A stretch of 64,000 bases of DNA from Camelus dromedarius. Its lineage: Eukaryota. The position numbers and the translations under genes are program-made. Positions 27,073 through 40,304 of the stretch are shown here, one piece after another. Under the pieces are notes generated by a model. That model was not told where the DNA came from, searched no databases, and worked only from the letters and a program-made list of their open reading frames with translations. Position 1 is the first letter of the stretch. Each line of letters begins with the position of its first letter. The stretch is taken from contig NC_087436.1 of NCBI RefSeq assembly GCF_036321535.1, positions 95,792,001 to 95,856,000 on the forward strand, given 5' to 3'.

Positions 27073-27201
27073 CCGGGACAAAATACTTTCTAAAGACTCT
27101 GTTAAAGATTTCTTTGCTTTGTTCTTCAGCATATCTAGCCTAAATCGAGTGGCACTAGATGGCAATTCACTTCCAATATTCTCTGCCACAATCTGTGATG
27201 T
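27073..27201 (-). CDS. TBC1D1: TBC1D1 exon 9 (129 nt)
   Basis: tttttag|ACA ... CGG|gtaagt; TSQIVAENIGSELPSSATRFRLDMLKNKAKKSLTESLESILSR. Confidence 0.96.
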
Positions 27202-27459
27202 CTAAAAAATAAAACAATGTAAAGTCAAGTCACTTAGAGCCTCCTGCCTTCCTCTTTTCCTACCTTTTTAAAAAAAAAAAGGATTGAAAAGTCTCTAGGA
27301 TGCATCTTTTTGACCCCAGGCCATATTCTTTGTGTGACCTCTTCTCATCTTCTCATCTGTCACTTGGTGACATGACTGCAAGTCCAGGAAATAATTTTGC
27401 CTCAAAGAGTTGCTTTGCCTACTCCAAATGTAATGAGGAGATCTGCTTAGAAGCCAATC

Positions 27460-27680
27460 AGTTAACAAAGCAGCTTAGAGCTTGGGCTCTGGGGCTGGGT
27501 CAGAGATATGTCATTTATTAGCCGTGGCCTTATGCAAGTTACTTACTCTGAGCCACAATTTCCTCTTCTATAAATTGAGACCAACCTCAAGATCTAATCA
27601 TAGCACTGTGTTGCACTGTGATTAAAACAGGTAAAGCATTAAAGCACTGGGCACAGCTTCCAGTACTAAGGGAGCTATGA
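27460..27680 (+). mobile_element. MIR SINE
   Basis: gtggccttatgcaagttacttactctgagccacaatttcctcttctataaattg..taaagcactgggcacag. Confidence 0.65.
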
Positions 27681-28919
27681 TTAGCCCTTTAGAGTAAAGT
27701 AACAACTTACTTTTGGCGGCATTTCACAGGGTAAGACAAAATAATCAACTGAAGAATCCATCCCCCTCTGCCTACAATAATCTTCATCCCCTTCTACAGA
27801 ATCCTACTTTTTCCTCTCTCCCACCTCTTCTTTCCATCATCCCATTCGCTCTCCCCTGCAACGAAGCATCTCCTCCTTAAGTGACCATAACGTGAAACTA
27901 AATCTGTTTGCCAATCACAAAATGAAGTTTAATGTTACTTATTAACAGAGGTATGCTAAAATAAAAATTTTTTAATCCTCAAAATTAAACTGCCTCTTCT
28001 CTGGATGCTTACCTGAATGCTTCCTGCTAGATGATGATTGTTAGAAAACAACCACCACATCCTTTATTACTCTAAACATCGACTATTCCTTGTTGTTGTT
28101 ACATATTTCAAGTATACAGAGAAGTGTGCAGATTAATACAATAAATGCCTTCAATTCACCCCAGCTATATCCTGCAGGTGTTGAGAAGAGTGACACTCAC
28201 TCAACAAATATTGACCAAGTTATGTACCATGGGTGGGTGCCTTATTAGCTGCAATTTGGTCCTATGCAATCATTTACCAAGAATAAGAGCTTATTCAGAC
28301 ACAAAGCAGCCACCAGAGCAAAGGGAATTACCCATAAAGGAGCTCAGGCACCTGTATTTGACTCAACACTAGCTCACTCACAAAGGTACAAAGCTGTAGA
28401 CTTGCTTTGAAACTCATAACAAAAGTTTTCATAAAAGAGAAGCATTTTGAATTGTGTTGACATATAAGGAAAATACCGGGTAAAAGACTAGTAGTATGCA
28501 GTAGATCCTACACAGAAAACCTGCGCTGGTGTTTTGTTTTTGTTTTTGTTTTTAATAAACCAGCCCATTAGAGTCTCTCTGCACTTAATTCAGTGCTGCT
28601 TCTGCTCTCCTCTACAGTCTAAAATCATTCTTCTCTGTCTACCGTCATAATTCAAATGCAACCTGAAAATTCACATCTAGAAAATAATTCATGCTTAGAA
28701 AATAATTTCATTTAGGAAATAACACATTCCTTGTTTATTTTAAACTAAGCATCTAGAAGTTTCTCCTTTAAAGTTCCTAGTTTGCGGTTCTCGAGTGAAT
28801 TGTACCACAGTGCTCACACTGCCCACCCCAAGACAGAGGGGAACGTTTGGAGCCAAGTTTCAAATTCTGAAGCTAAAATGAAGTCCTCAGTTGAGAACCC
28901 ACCATCCTGAGCTGTCACA

Positions 28920-29610
28920 GCATATTCACCAGCAGCTTTATTCACAATAACCAGAACCTGGAAACAGCTTAGGTGTCCAACAAAAGGAGAATAGAGAAAT
29001 AAACTGTGGTATGGACACAATGAGATAAAAAGGAACACATTACTGATTTATGCAACATCAAAAACATTACGCTAAGAGAAAGAAGCCAGAACTAAAAGAG
29101 AACATACTGTATGATTCCATTTATAGAAAGTCCTAGAATAGTCAAAACTAACCTATGGTGGAAAAAAAATCAAAAGAGTGGTTGCCTGAGGGACAGAGGA
29201 CTGACAGGGTGTGGGGTACTTTCTGGAGTGATGGACATGTTCTATATCTTGAGAGCGGTTGGGGCTAACTAAATGTATGAAATCCTTAAAACTCAACAGA
29301 TGGTTCACTCAAGATTTGTGCAACTTACTATATGCAAATGTTATCTCAAAAAAACAGTAGATAAATACCAAACTCTCATTAATGATACGCAAACTAAGTG
29401 TTTGGGAATCAAGAGTACTAACATCAGAAACTTGCTCTGAAAGGCATCAGAAGTAAGGTGGCATAGGAGACGGACAGATACACGGCAGCAAACACAACAG
29501 TGCTAAAAACGGTTTCAGCCAGATGGTGGGTATAAAAGTGCTCACTGTGCGATTCTTTCAACTTTTCTGTATGTCTGACAATTTCTGTAATAAAATGTCA
29601 GAAAAAAAAC
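28920..29610 (+). mobile_element. Old L1M(E) 3' fragment
   Basis: ttcaccagcagctttattcacaataaccagaacctggaaaca...catactgtatgattccatttatag...tctttcaacttttctgtatgtctgacaatttctgtaataaaatg. Confidence 0.8.
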
Positions 29611-32136
29611 TTATCTACTGGATAATGGACCCAGGCATATCAATGAATAGTTACATAATATTAAATTTTGATAATTAAGCTCCTAAAGGGCATGATGATT
29701 AAGATGATGTCCTTGGACCTCAGACACATGGGCTCCACGCTGCCCAGCAAACATCTTGACCCCGTTCCCCATGTCCTCGTGTCTCACATGGGTATCATGC
29801 CACCGAACTCAAAAAGGCATTGTAGAAAAAATGGCAGAAGTCGTGTAAAAAATTAAAACTATGTCTGATACATGCCAAACATTCAACCAGTGGCAGTTGA
29901 TTTAATATTATTAATTTCTGTACCAGCTCAGTGAACACAAGCAAAAATGATTAAAATGTGGTACCCTTTAAACTTTATTAATTTATAGGTCTTTGTCCAA
30001 ACTGAATCCTTTCCCATAAGATCAAAGGATTCATTCAGTTTGTTTTCTACTTTATGAAACGATCCCTCTACCAGCCTCCAACACCAGCATTTTAGTCTGA
30101 AAAACACGCATGGCTTGGAATCACCATGGCTCTGAGAAGTACAGCCCTGAGACTGTGGTTCATGTCTTAGGTCCACTTCTGAAGGCTGGTGGGCACAGAC
30201 CACAGTTCCATTTCTCTCTGGTCAAGTCATAACACATTTTCAAAAGTTCCAGGAATTTTTAGGAGTAACAAGAAGGTAATGAAATCCACGTAGTTAAACC
30301 ATCTGGTAGCAGAAAGTAAGAGCAAGAATCTACTGGTGACTCTCGAAAGTCCATCTGATCCATCTATAAAGCAGTTGCTGCTCTGAAAAGCTAAGCTCAG
30401 AGCCCAAGAGGGTGTCCAGCCTGCGGGACCACCCAACCACTGGGGATCGGGGCAACTTCCTTACAGGCAAAGACACAAGCCTCCTGGGTTACAGAATGTT
30501 TAGAAACCTCTAGTGAAAGGGATGCCCAGATGCCAGTTCCACCTTGAGGCTCAGTCTCCTTTAAATTCTGTTTTCAAATGGGGAAAAAAAAAAAAAAAAC
30601 ATGAAATATATTTCTCCACTGTACTAGCCTATGTCCTAATCATAAAGATATTACCCTGTTCCATAAAAATGAGACTGCCCTGAGGTCAAAACTTCCCACC
30701 CACCAGAAATGCTTCATTCCCCTTTCTAGCAGTTACAAATTATTTCAAAGTTATCAATTTCCTGTTGGAGTAAGTTGGACTGACTCAGGAAGAAGAAAAT
30801 CAGAACACAGAATAACTGTCAGTGGCACAAAAGAGAAGAGGAAAGGAAACAAGAAAAGAAATAGGTTGAAAAGTGAACTAGAGAATTAACTGAAAACTTA
30901 GACTGGGTAGCCCACCCAAAAGTGAACAGGTGGCGCCCAGAACTCGCAGGCAGCCTCAAGGGCACTGGCTGCAAGGGGGGGAACGTCAACACATAAAGGC
31001 CAAAAACACCACGTACTGGTACTAGGGTCGCAGCTAAGGGGCCCTAGAGTCGGCCAATGAGATTAAAAACAATGTTGGACACTGTATGTGATTAAGAGCT
31101 CAGGAAGGGCACGTGACTGCCGAAGCCAACCGGAAGGGAGAAACAAATGGGGAGAGTTGCTATGTGCGATCCCAGCAAAACTGCATCACGGTCAGGTTAC
31201 CAGAAAAGCAGGGGCTGTTTACAGGGAAAACAGCAAGGAAGAGAGCACGTGACTGAGCTTTACAGTGCCTTCAGAATAGACCCCCGGGGAGTGGCTTCTG
31301 GTGGTGTTTTTTTAAAAAGTCAATATACTTTTGGAAATTTAAGATTTTTTGAACATCCTTTACTGATTTTTCTCTAGATTTTCTGGCCTACCAGTAAAAA
31401 AAAAAAAAAATAAAATGCATGTCCAGAAGTTATAATGGTTATTATGATTGACTTACACAGAGTTAAAAAAATATAGGAAAATGGTCCTTGGCCCCATGCG
31501 TACTGAATCCCAAATGCAAAACTTTTCAAAGACGGAGACCTGCAGGTGGCCCCGGCTTCTGACGCAGCACTCCTCACACAGAAAAGCTGAACAAAGCTGT
31601 GGGCAGTGGAGGTGGGAGGCGGACTCCGCACATCCATCCAGCATGCGAGATGGAAGGAACATGCCCTCCATGTGAAGGGCTCAGCACCCAGGCCAGCGCC
31701 ACCTGTGCTGTGTCAGAGCGCCACCGTACATTCACACGGCATTTATGTGACAAGGAACTCGGGTACTTCCTGTAATTCTGAAGGCAGCTGTACAACGTCA
31801 CTACCGTTTTATCAGGGAGTGAGGTGACAGAGACTGGCCCCTGCAGGTCAGGTAGCTTGTCTTGGTGGCAGCTACTCGTAAACCTCACTCTTGAGGTTCT
31901 ATGCCAGTCCCCCGTCAGAGCAACTGCCCCACCCCTACTACAATGCAGACAGACACTTCTCTCACCTACTCCAAGCACAATCTAAATATTCCCAAATTTT
32001 CCCTAGTTTACCGTACATGCAACAAATGAAAATAAAATAAAAGGAGAAAGAGGCTTCAGAGCTTCAGAAAGTCCTCAAGGCTCTTTTACAGAGCATCCTG
32101 GTAAACTCATAAGAGAGAAAAAGAAAAGGGCCATAC

Positions 32137-32247
32137 CTGCTTTACCTCCCCAACATGGACATGAACTTTTTGTTTCTCTTCATATAAACATCTCAAGAAA
32201 GAAATAATCAATTCATTCTCTCGCTGCTCATTTCTTGGTCTCAATTT
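32137..32247 (-). CDS. TBC1D1: TBC1D1 exon 8 (111 nt)
   Basis: cctttaag|AAA ... CAG|gtatgg; KLRPRNEQRENELIISFLRCLYEEKQKVHVHVGEVKQ. Confidence 0.96.
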
Positions 32248-33624
32248 CTTAAAGGGGAAAAAAAAAGAATACATTAATGTTTAATTGTCACCAAAACTGC
32301 TATACCATCCCTTTGAAAATGCTAACAGCTTCCATCCACCAACTAGTGCTTTTTTTACCCAACCATCTCACTAGGGGGCACTGATGATCCTAAAAAGTGA
32401 GAATTTTTTTTAAAAGAAACAGATAATGGAGCCAGTGGGCCAGATTAAGCTCTGATGTCCTTATACCTAAAATAAATATTTTGTATCAGTTAGAGGCATA
32501 GTCAAAATATTTAATAAACAGCCCTGAAAACAGAAGAAAAGGACAAAATCTGTGTAAACACCCAAAGGTCAACATTTGTAAACCCTATGGTTAGGGACTG
32601 GAAAGGAAGACAGAAACTGGACCCCGGGTTATGGTTCCTTCCTCACGTCAAACGTGTTCACCACGGAGCACTTTCTGGAAGCCCCACCAGGCATGCACTT
32701 ACACACAAAATTTCATGGCATGGACTCAGTTTCTCTTTTCTTTCTTTCTTTAAAAACTCCTTATATGCTTTTTATTTTTTAGGCAGGGCAGTGGCAAGAC
32801 ACACTGGACTAGAAATCAGGACACACAGGTTCAAGGTGCCGCCTAGAAGTGTGACCAAAGGCCAGTCACTTAATCTTAGCTTCTCCGTCTGCTCAGATGA
32901 AGACTATGCACAAGATACACTCCAGGGTCTCCTCTGGCTCCCAGATTCTTTGGATTTGAAATAGCAGTCACAGTTCACTTTTAGAAGACCATCTAATTTA
33001 ATTATTTTCTCTGAGTATGAAGAAAACAAAACTGAATTACTCTGGAAATACACAAAGCTTCTAGTCTATAAACTTCAGGAACTTTATAATGATAGTTATC
33101 CACTGCCCTGGCTCCTCCTCTCTGCCTGCCCTTTAAAACAAAGTCCGGGCGTAATAAATGCATCAGCTACACAAGCATCTGAGTCTGGGTCAGCGCTGTC
33201 CTTGGCAGCCCAGCTAACGAAGGAACAATGATTTTGCCCTCGTGTCACAGACTTTAGAAGCAGAAGTGACACTAACCCAGACCTGTGACATTCCCTCTCT
33301 AAAAGAAAAAGATCATTTAAAATAAGTTCTTCCTGTTACTCAAGGAAATGACAGTAAATGATTAGAAGGGGTTGTTTTCACTGAAGACTTCCTATTCTTC
33401 CAAATTTCAAATCTAAAGATTAAATATTTTAAAGGCTAGAACAGATGATCTCACTCTGGATGCCAAGCCATGGACCTTAATGTTATAAATTTTTACATGT
33501 TTTATGCAACAAGTGGATTTTTCCAGGGAAGGTTCCCATCAGATCTTCAAAAGAGGAAAGTGGCGGTCACACACCACAATCCCAGCTTAATTCTGCTGAC
33601 TTCGGGAAGGTCACTGTGAATCTA

Positions 33625-34440
33625 AAAGCCCAGGAGGCAACGGGAACTCTCACTCACTGCTGGTGGGACCGTGAAATGGTACAGCCACTTAGGGAGCCAG
33701 TCTGGCCGCTTCTTATAGAACTAACTACGTTCTCACCAGGCAATCCAGCAATCGCACTGCTTAGTATTCACCAAAAGGAGTTGAAACTGTACACCCACAC
33801 AAAAGCTTGCATAGGAATGTTTGCAGCAGCTTTATTCGTAACTGCCAAAACTAAGAAGCAACCAGATGTTCTTCAATAGATGAATGGATAAACAAACAGG
33901 TACATCCAGACAATGGAATATTATTCAGCACTAAAAAGAGCTATCAAACCATAAAAAGACATAGAGGAACCTCAAATGCACACTGTTAAGGGAAAGAAGC
34001 CCATCTGAAGATGCTACAAACTGTATAATTCCAACTATTTGACATTCTGGAAAAGACAAAACTATGGAGACAGTAAAAGATCAGTGGTTGCCTGGGGCTT
34101 GGAGGGGGGCAGAAGGGTGAACAGGTGGAGCACAGAGAATTTTTAGGGCAATGAAACAACTCCATATGGTACTATAATGGTGGCTACATGCCATTATACG
34201 TTTGTCAGAACCCATGGAAGGTACCACACCAGGCGTGAACCCTAATGTAAACTATGGGCTTTAGTTAATAAAGATGCATCAATACCACCTCATCAACTGT
34301 GATAAAGGTACCACACTAAAACAAGACACTAATAGAGGAAACTGAATTGGGGGAGGGAGGGGGAGGGCATGAGAAGTTTTACAGGAACTTTTTCTGTGAA
34401 ACTAAAACTGCTCTGAAAAATAAAGTCTATTTTTTTTTAA
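33625..34440 (+). mobile_element. L1M 3' fragment
   Basis: ggaactctcactcactgctggtgg..aaatggtacagccactt...gtgaaccctaatgtaaactatggg...ctaaaactgctctgaaaaataaagtctatt. Confidence 0.85.
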
Positions 34441-35291
34441 AGTCCAGGAAAGAGGAGCAGACAGGACTGAAAGGTACCCAAGAGCTGCCCCATTCTTTCC
34501 TCTCCTACTCTTTAATTAAACCTTGGGCTGCTCTCACAAGAATATGTCTATTTTCTTGGAGAAATTCTTCACAATCACTTATTTCAAAATATTAAAAAAG
34601 GCTAAGAATGCAGTAATAAGGAGAATTATTAATACATTTTCTTTTTCTCAACATACACATCAAAGAACCTACTCAAATGGACAGAGAATGAGACTGCAGT
34701 GAACACAGGGTACCACCAGAGCCGTCACCCAGACACTACATCACAGAGCACCTTAGGCATCACAGGGAAAGTCGGTGAGGCTGAGAAGACCATGTCTGGG
34801 GTGTCACACAAGGTCAAGAAATAAATCCCTCCTTAAAATAACTGAAACATGACTCGGGGCGACCCTCCTGTTGAGTGAAAACGATTCGTGAGGTCTCATC
34901 ACCTTAATACCTCCCATGTGACCATGTGACTTCACCATTCTCCAAAGGGGCAAATCATTCCTTCCTAAAGGTGATTTATAAATAGCCATGAGTCAGAGGG
35001 ACAAATCTGAGGAAAATAATGGGGACTCAAGTTGGATAATACTACTTTGCAGTCAAAAACTAACTTGCTTACTCAAAGTTATCTACAGCGTCAGAAGTCA
35101 GGACAGTGGTTCCCTGGGGGCAGTGCTGACCGGGTTCTGAGGGACGGGATGGCCCTATTTCCCAATCTGGGTGCTGCTGCACAGGTGTATTCATCTTAAT
35201 GAAAATTCACTGAAATGCAGCCAGTATTTTATAATAACTATAAGTAGAGTAAAACCTTTAAAAACTGTGAATCACTACATTGTACATCTGA

Positions 35292-35393
35292 GGCAGGGAG
35301 GGTACAGCTCAGTGACAGAGCCCCTGCTTAGCATGCACGAGGTCCTGGGTTCCATCCCCAGTACCTCCATTTAAAAAAAAGAGAGAGAGAGAG
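35292..35393 (+). mobile_element. tRNA-derived SINE (camelid type), nested in an L1 3' end
   Basis: gggagggtacagctcagtgacagag...ggtcctgggttccatccccagtacctcc (Pol III A and B boxes), A/GA tail, degenerate 18-bp TSD. Confidence 0.85.
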
Positions 35394-38009
35394 ACTATGT
35401 CGTACACCTGAAACGTACATAATATTGTAAAAACTATGCCTCAAAAATTTCTTTAAACTGCAAAAATATTTTTTTAATTTCATTGAACTATACAACATTG
35501 ATTTGTGTGCTTTGCTATAGATTTCATTTTTTAAAAAGAACAATGCAAAATAATTAATTGCCTATTAAAAGTAACAAAGCCAATTTTGTTACACTTCTTA
35601 ATCTCATTTCTCTGTAAGTCAGTTGTAAAAATGATTTTAAAATCAATTTCTAACACTGGCTAATGAATACCAGAACACTGAGAAAGTCTATGGTCTTCTG
35701 AGGGGTCTATCTATTCAAAATAGCGACACTCACCTGGATACAACCACCAGACATCTTTTTTAAAAAAAATGATAATAAAATCTTATAAGAAATCATTTTT
35801 AAATCACTGAAAAGCCAACTAAGTTGATATATAGTCTACACAAAGTTGGGGGGGAGTTCCTCCAACCACTAATCTTTGACTTGTTTAAAGTTATGTTATT
35901 TAATCCATTATCAACATCTATTGAGTCTCAATCTACTTGATTTACCTACTGAGTATTCATTAAGGCATTCCCTAAAACGCACTCATTCAGATGAATGGAA
36001 TTAAGACTTATAAACATTTTCTTCACCAATTCCACTTGGCATGAAAGCAGTTTCTTCCTCTGAGGACAATGGATGTGGACACATTCAGCCAGTGGAGACA
36101 GCAGGAGAGAGCAAGGCCCCGCCTGCGGGTCACCTTCCTATATACCCACCTAGATATGTTGAAAATTGTACATTTCAAAAAGGTCATTGATAAAAAAAAA
36201 AGTGCCTCTGCAGTGTCATGAGTCCTCTTAGGAAGAGGAGGGTTAGCAGCCCCACAAGCCCATGGGGCACCAAGTCCTCCTCTCGGAGCTCAAAGTCGAA
36301 GCTGGCTTGCTGGCAGCAGTGGTAATCCCCAGCACCATCTGCACAGTAATTAATGATCTGTTTCTTTCCGGTTCTGTTTGGGTTGCACTTTTTTTTTTTA
36401 ACATGAAACACTGATTTACAAAAACAAATATGTATGCTTCAATAACTATTTAAGTAATCATGTACCATTTATTTCAGTAGTAATTAGATTTGTTTTATAA
36501 AAAATTTGCCCTTGGAGAATTCCTCAGAAACAAAATATTCTCCAGGAAAATATTAACCAATCTATTTATAGGAAGTCTCATGACACTGCAAAGCCACTTT
36601 TTTCTTTATGATGTTTTTGAAACCCATGGTTTTTCAAAAACATCAACAGGCACTACTACTAAAAAATAAACCAGTGACTTGGTTTATAAAATATTTTATA
36701 AAAAACAAGATTGATCCTTGAGGAAGTAATTTAACAAGACTACCAATAAGCCATCAGAAGAAAGCTGTGTCAAATTTGCATTATTTAAAGAAAAGCCACA
36801 CTTACAATGATGGAAGACAAAGTATGAGCTGGCTTTTCAAAGCCAATGAACAGTAGGACTTCCCTTTGTCTTTAAACCAATCAAAAAATTACAGTGCCTT
36901 CTAGAACCACACACAGGGCCCTGAGATATTAACTGAATGCATTTTTTAAAGCAAACCTTTGTCACTGATTTTCTCTAAAGTTTGTTTGTCATAATGTGTC
37001 TTAAACTTTCATGCATCAATGAGAATCTCAGAACCACATCCATTAGGAACTTGTCACTACTGCAAAAGAATATTTTGGATATTACCTATCTTGATTCATC
37101 ACAGTCTTCTGGGGAAAACTACACAGTGCTGCCTAAATTAAAAAGAAAACCAACTCACATTAGGGGAGGAATGTACATCTTCTATGCTTGCTAGAAAGAT
37201 GTTCCCCAAAGTGACTTGATAGCACTAATACAGCAAAGTGGGCCAGCATCAGATGAAAACAGCCCCAGCTCCCATTACAAACGCATTAACAGTCAGAAGC
37301 AAATGTCCATCTATTTATGAATTCCAAGTACAAATCACATTAAATTTGCCTGAGAGGACTGTGTACTTAGAACTCTAAAGATCTTTGAAGAAAAAACAAA
37401 GTAGTGTGTCTCAAGTCAATTCAGAAGAAAACAAGAAAATTTAAAGGCAACTGGAAATTGCGTAAGTTATTCTAAGCTATTTACGGAATTTAAAAACCTT
37501 ACTATGCTTTCTTTCTACAAACATTCGCCAATCTTCCTGCAGAAAAACAAGGGAAGGAGAACTCTTAACATGTGATTAAAGAAAAAGACAGTTCTTTAAT
37601 TTTTCACTCTAACAGAAAACAGACCACGGGCCCTGTCTGCAGTCCTTCCCCCAGTGAGGAGGGAGAGAGAACTCAGTCTAGAGTTGCTGGCCTTCCTGTT
37701 TTGTTTAAAGACTCCTCTCTTTGCAGAACCCTGCCACTCTCCTCCCTCCAAAAGAGAGATTAATGCTTTGTTCTGCTGTGCTCTCCTCCCTAGATAAGTG
37801 CCACGAAACCACAGAAAATGCCCCTCGGCTAAAGCAGACATGAAATTTTTGATGAGCTCATTAAAGATTCATAATGAACAGACTACAGGCATGCCAGCAC
37901 ACACAGCATGGTTTCCCCGAGAAACGTGCATCGAAATGTGAGGACAAGAGCGAGTTTCCGGGTTTACTGCAGAAAACCAACGAGCTTGGGTTTTGTTTTG
38001 TATTTTGGT

Positions 38010-38065
38010 TTTTTGTTTGGTTTTTTTAAACTTTTTTTATTTGAGGGGGGAAGATAATTAGGTAT

Positions 38066-38125
<60 letters not shown>

Positions 38126-38201
38126 ATGGAGGTACTGGGGATTGAACCGAGGATCCAGTGCATGCTAAGCAAGTGCTCTACCACTGAGATATACCCTCCC
38201 C
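38010..38201 (-). mobile_element. tRNA-derived SINE (camelid type) with expanded (TAAA)n
   Basis: Reverse complement reads ggggagggtatatctcagtggtagagcacttgcttagcatgcac..ggttcaatccccagtacctcc; (ttta)n at ~38063-38123; tgtattttg on both flanks. Confidence 0.88.
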
Positions 38202-38682
38202 ACTCTGTATTTTGTTTTTAAGTTTGATATATCACATAGTAGGTAACATCATCTATTTTCAAAACTGAAAAATAAGAGAGGGGAGGAACAATTATGTTCA
38301 ATTTCATGTACGAAATGTCCCTTGAGACTCCCACAAGGAGGGCTGAATCCCCAGCAGGAAGGCGCGGGCAGAGGTTTCCTGGGGAGAGCAGCGCTCAGGG
38401 ACCAAAGTCCAAGTCCCCTGTCTCCCGGGCTGAGGCTCTCTCCACTTCATTTCCTTTCTCTCATTCTTTAAGGGACAGCTCCCCTGGCTTAGTTATATTC
38501 ACAAGAAAACCAATTCTGACCTGGCCCCCTCCAGGGGGCTGTTAAAGCTTAAGCCAAGAGGAACTCGGGGCCACTTCCTCGGGGCTCTGACCGCTCTGCT
38601 TTGTAATTTTTTATAAATAACATTTCATGGATAAGTTGCCTGCATTCTCGTTCCTTCTAGAAATTAGAAACCATTACCATAC

Positions 38683-38774
38683 CTGAACCTCTTCAAAAAT
38701 TGTCGCTTGCTCCTGATTCGTTAACGTTGTCAGGTGCTTCTGGAGTTCTAGTTTGGTTTTGGAAGAATTCATTC
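38683..38774 (-). CDS. TBC1D1: TBC1D1 exon 7 (92 nt, phase 1-0)
   Basis: taatag|GA ATG ... CAG|gtatgg; MNSSKTKLELQKHLTTLTNQEQATIFEEVQ. Confidence 0.96.
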
Positions 38775-40019
38775 CTATTAAGAGATTTTTAAAAAGACAG
38801 AGACATGAGAACACTCTATGTAACAGCTATAAGGGAGAGTCAACACCTCCCATAATCACTCCTCTTTACTTGAAAGGTGGGTGCTCACGCCCCCCTCAGG
38901 CTCTTGAGGTTTCACGGAAATTCTAATCCAACATGTCGGTGATGATGCCGGTGACAACTAACATTTTTTGGTTGAGCCCTTGTGTGCTAGGCACTGACTT
39001 CAACTTCAGGCCTGGGTCATTTAATAGTCAGAACAATCTGACGAACAAGAGTCGATTAGCCCCATTTTACAGTTCAGGAACTGAGACTCAGAGAGCTCCC
39101 ATAATTTCCAAAGACCACCAAACTGGGCTTTACCTCAGGTTTGCGTGGCTCCAAATTGCATTTTTTCACCACTACTCCATGTTAGAACACCTCACACAAT
39201 CAGAGCATTGTCCTCAGAAAACTCTTGGGAGTATTTGTACGTTAACATTTGAAAACTGACCAGAGTTTTCCTTTTACATGTTAGGCTCTTTCACGTAAAA
39301 CTGATTTGTGTGGCTAACAACTTTTCTTTTCACCACCACTTGCTTATTAACAGTCTTAAGACTGTGTAGTTAACATTACAAAGGAGTGTGAGGAAAAGTC
39401 CTTAAAATAAAGTTGCAGTGTTAGTACCCATTAGAATCTGATATTTCACAAAGTTCCTTCTCCACACATAAATGGCTAGGAACCTGTCGGCCTCTTCTTG
39501 GTGCCAGAGATAAACGCCCCACATGAAGAGAGGATCTGGAATGAAAGGAATCACTGACCTAACGTTCGTGGAAAAACTGCTGCCGACTGCTCTGGTTCCA
39601 AGGGCAGTCCTGTCCCCATCCACCTGCCACCCCCGCCTGCTCCCGGGTGAGCAGCGGGGCAGGGGCTCCAAGCCAGATCTACCTGCGTCAATGAGGAGGG
39701 CTGGAGGGGACCTCCGACATCCAGAACAGGGACTTGGAAATCATGCCTCTGTTTTACAGATGAGTTTGCTGAGGTCCAGAGAAGCCAGTGACTAAAGGTC
39801 AGGGGGCCGATCCGTGCCCAGAGCCAGGGTGCCTCCCCCGACCCCTCCTGCTGCAGAAGGCAGAGCCCCACCCTCCTAACAGGCTGCGGCCAGGCTGCAG
39901 CCCCTGCTCAAACTGTTGCAGCTCTCTCCGCTTCCAGAAGTCCTGCCTTTCCTCTCAATCTTTTTTTTGGGGGGGCCCCGAAAACCCTAAGAAGTCACCA
40001 TAAAAATAAAAGGCAATTA

Positions 40020-40240
40020 TTTAAGTGACTACTGTGCACAACACTCCATGAATAATATCATTTAATCCTCAACATAATCCTTGAAATGGGCACTGGTTTT
40101 AGTTGTCCCAGTGTCTGTAGACGAAGAAACTGAGGCACAGTGAAGTCAAGTATTTTGTCCAAGGTCATCAGCTAAGTAAGGGACAGAGTTAAAATCTGAC
40201 CCACATCTGCCAGCCTCCAGGGAACACTCTGAAACACGCC
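40020..40240 (-). mobile_element. MIR SINE
   Basis: tcatttaatcctcaaca..gaagaaactgaggcacagtgaagtcaagtattttgtccaaggtca. Confidence 0.7.
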
Positions 40241-40304
40241 ACTGCTCCCCTTCACCTGGACAGTCAAGTCACCTGACACCAGTGGCTTTAATACCAAAGT
40301 GAAT

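Noticed and set aside
30929..30946. TGGCGCCCAGAAC resembling a retroviral tRNA-Lys primer-binding site
   Set aside because: Only a partial match, with no adjacent LTR end or gag sequence.
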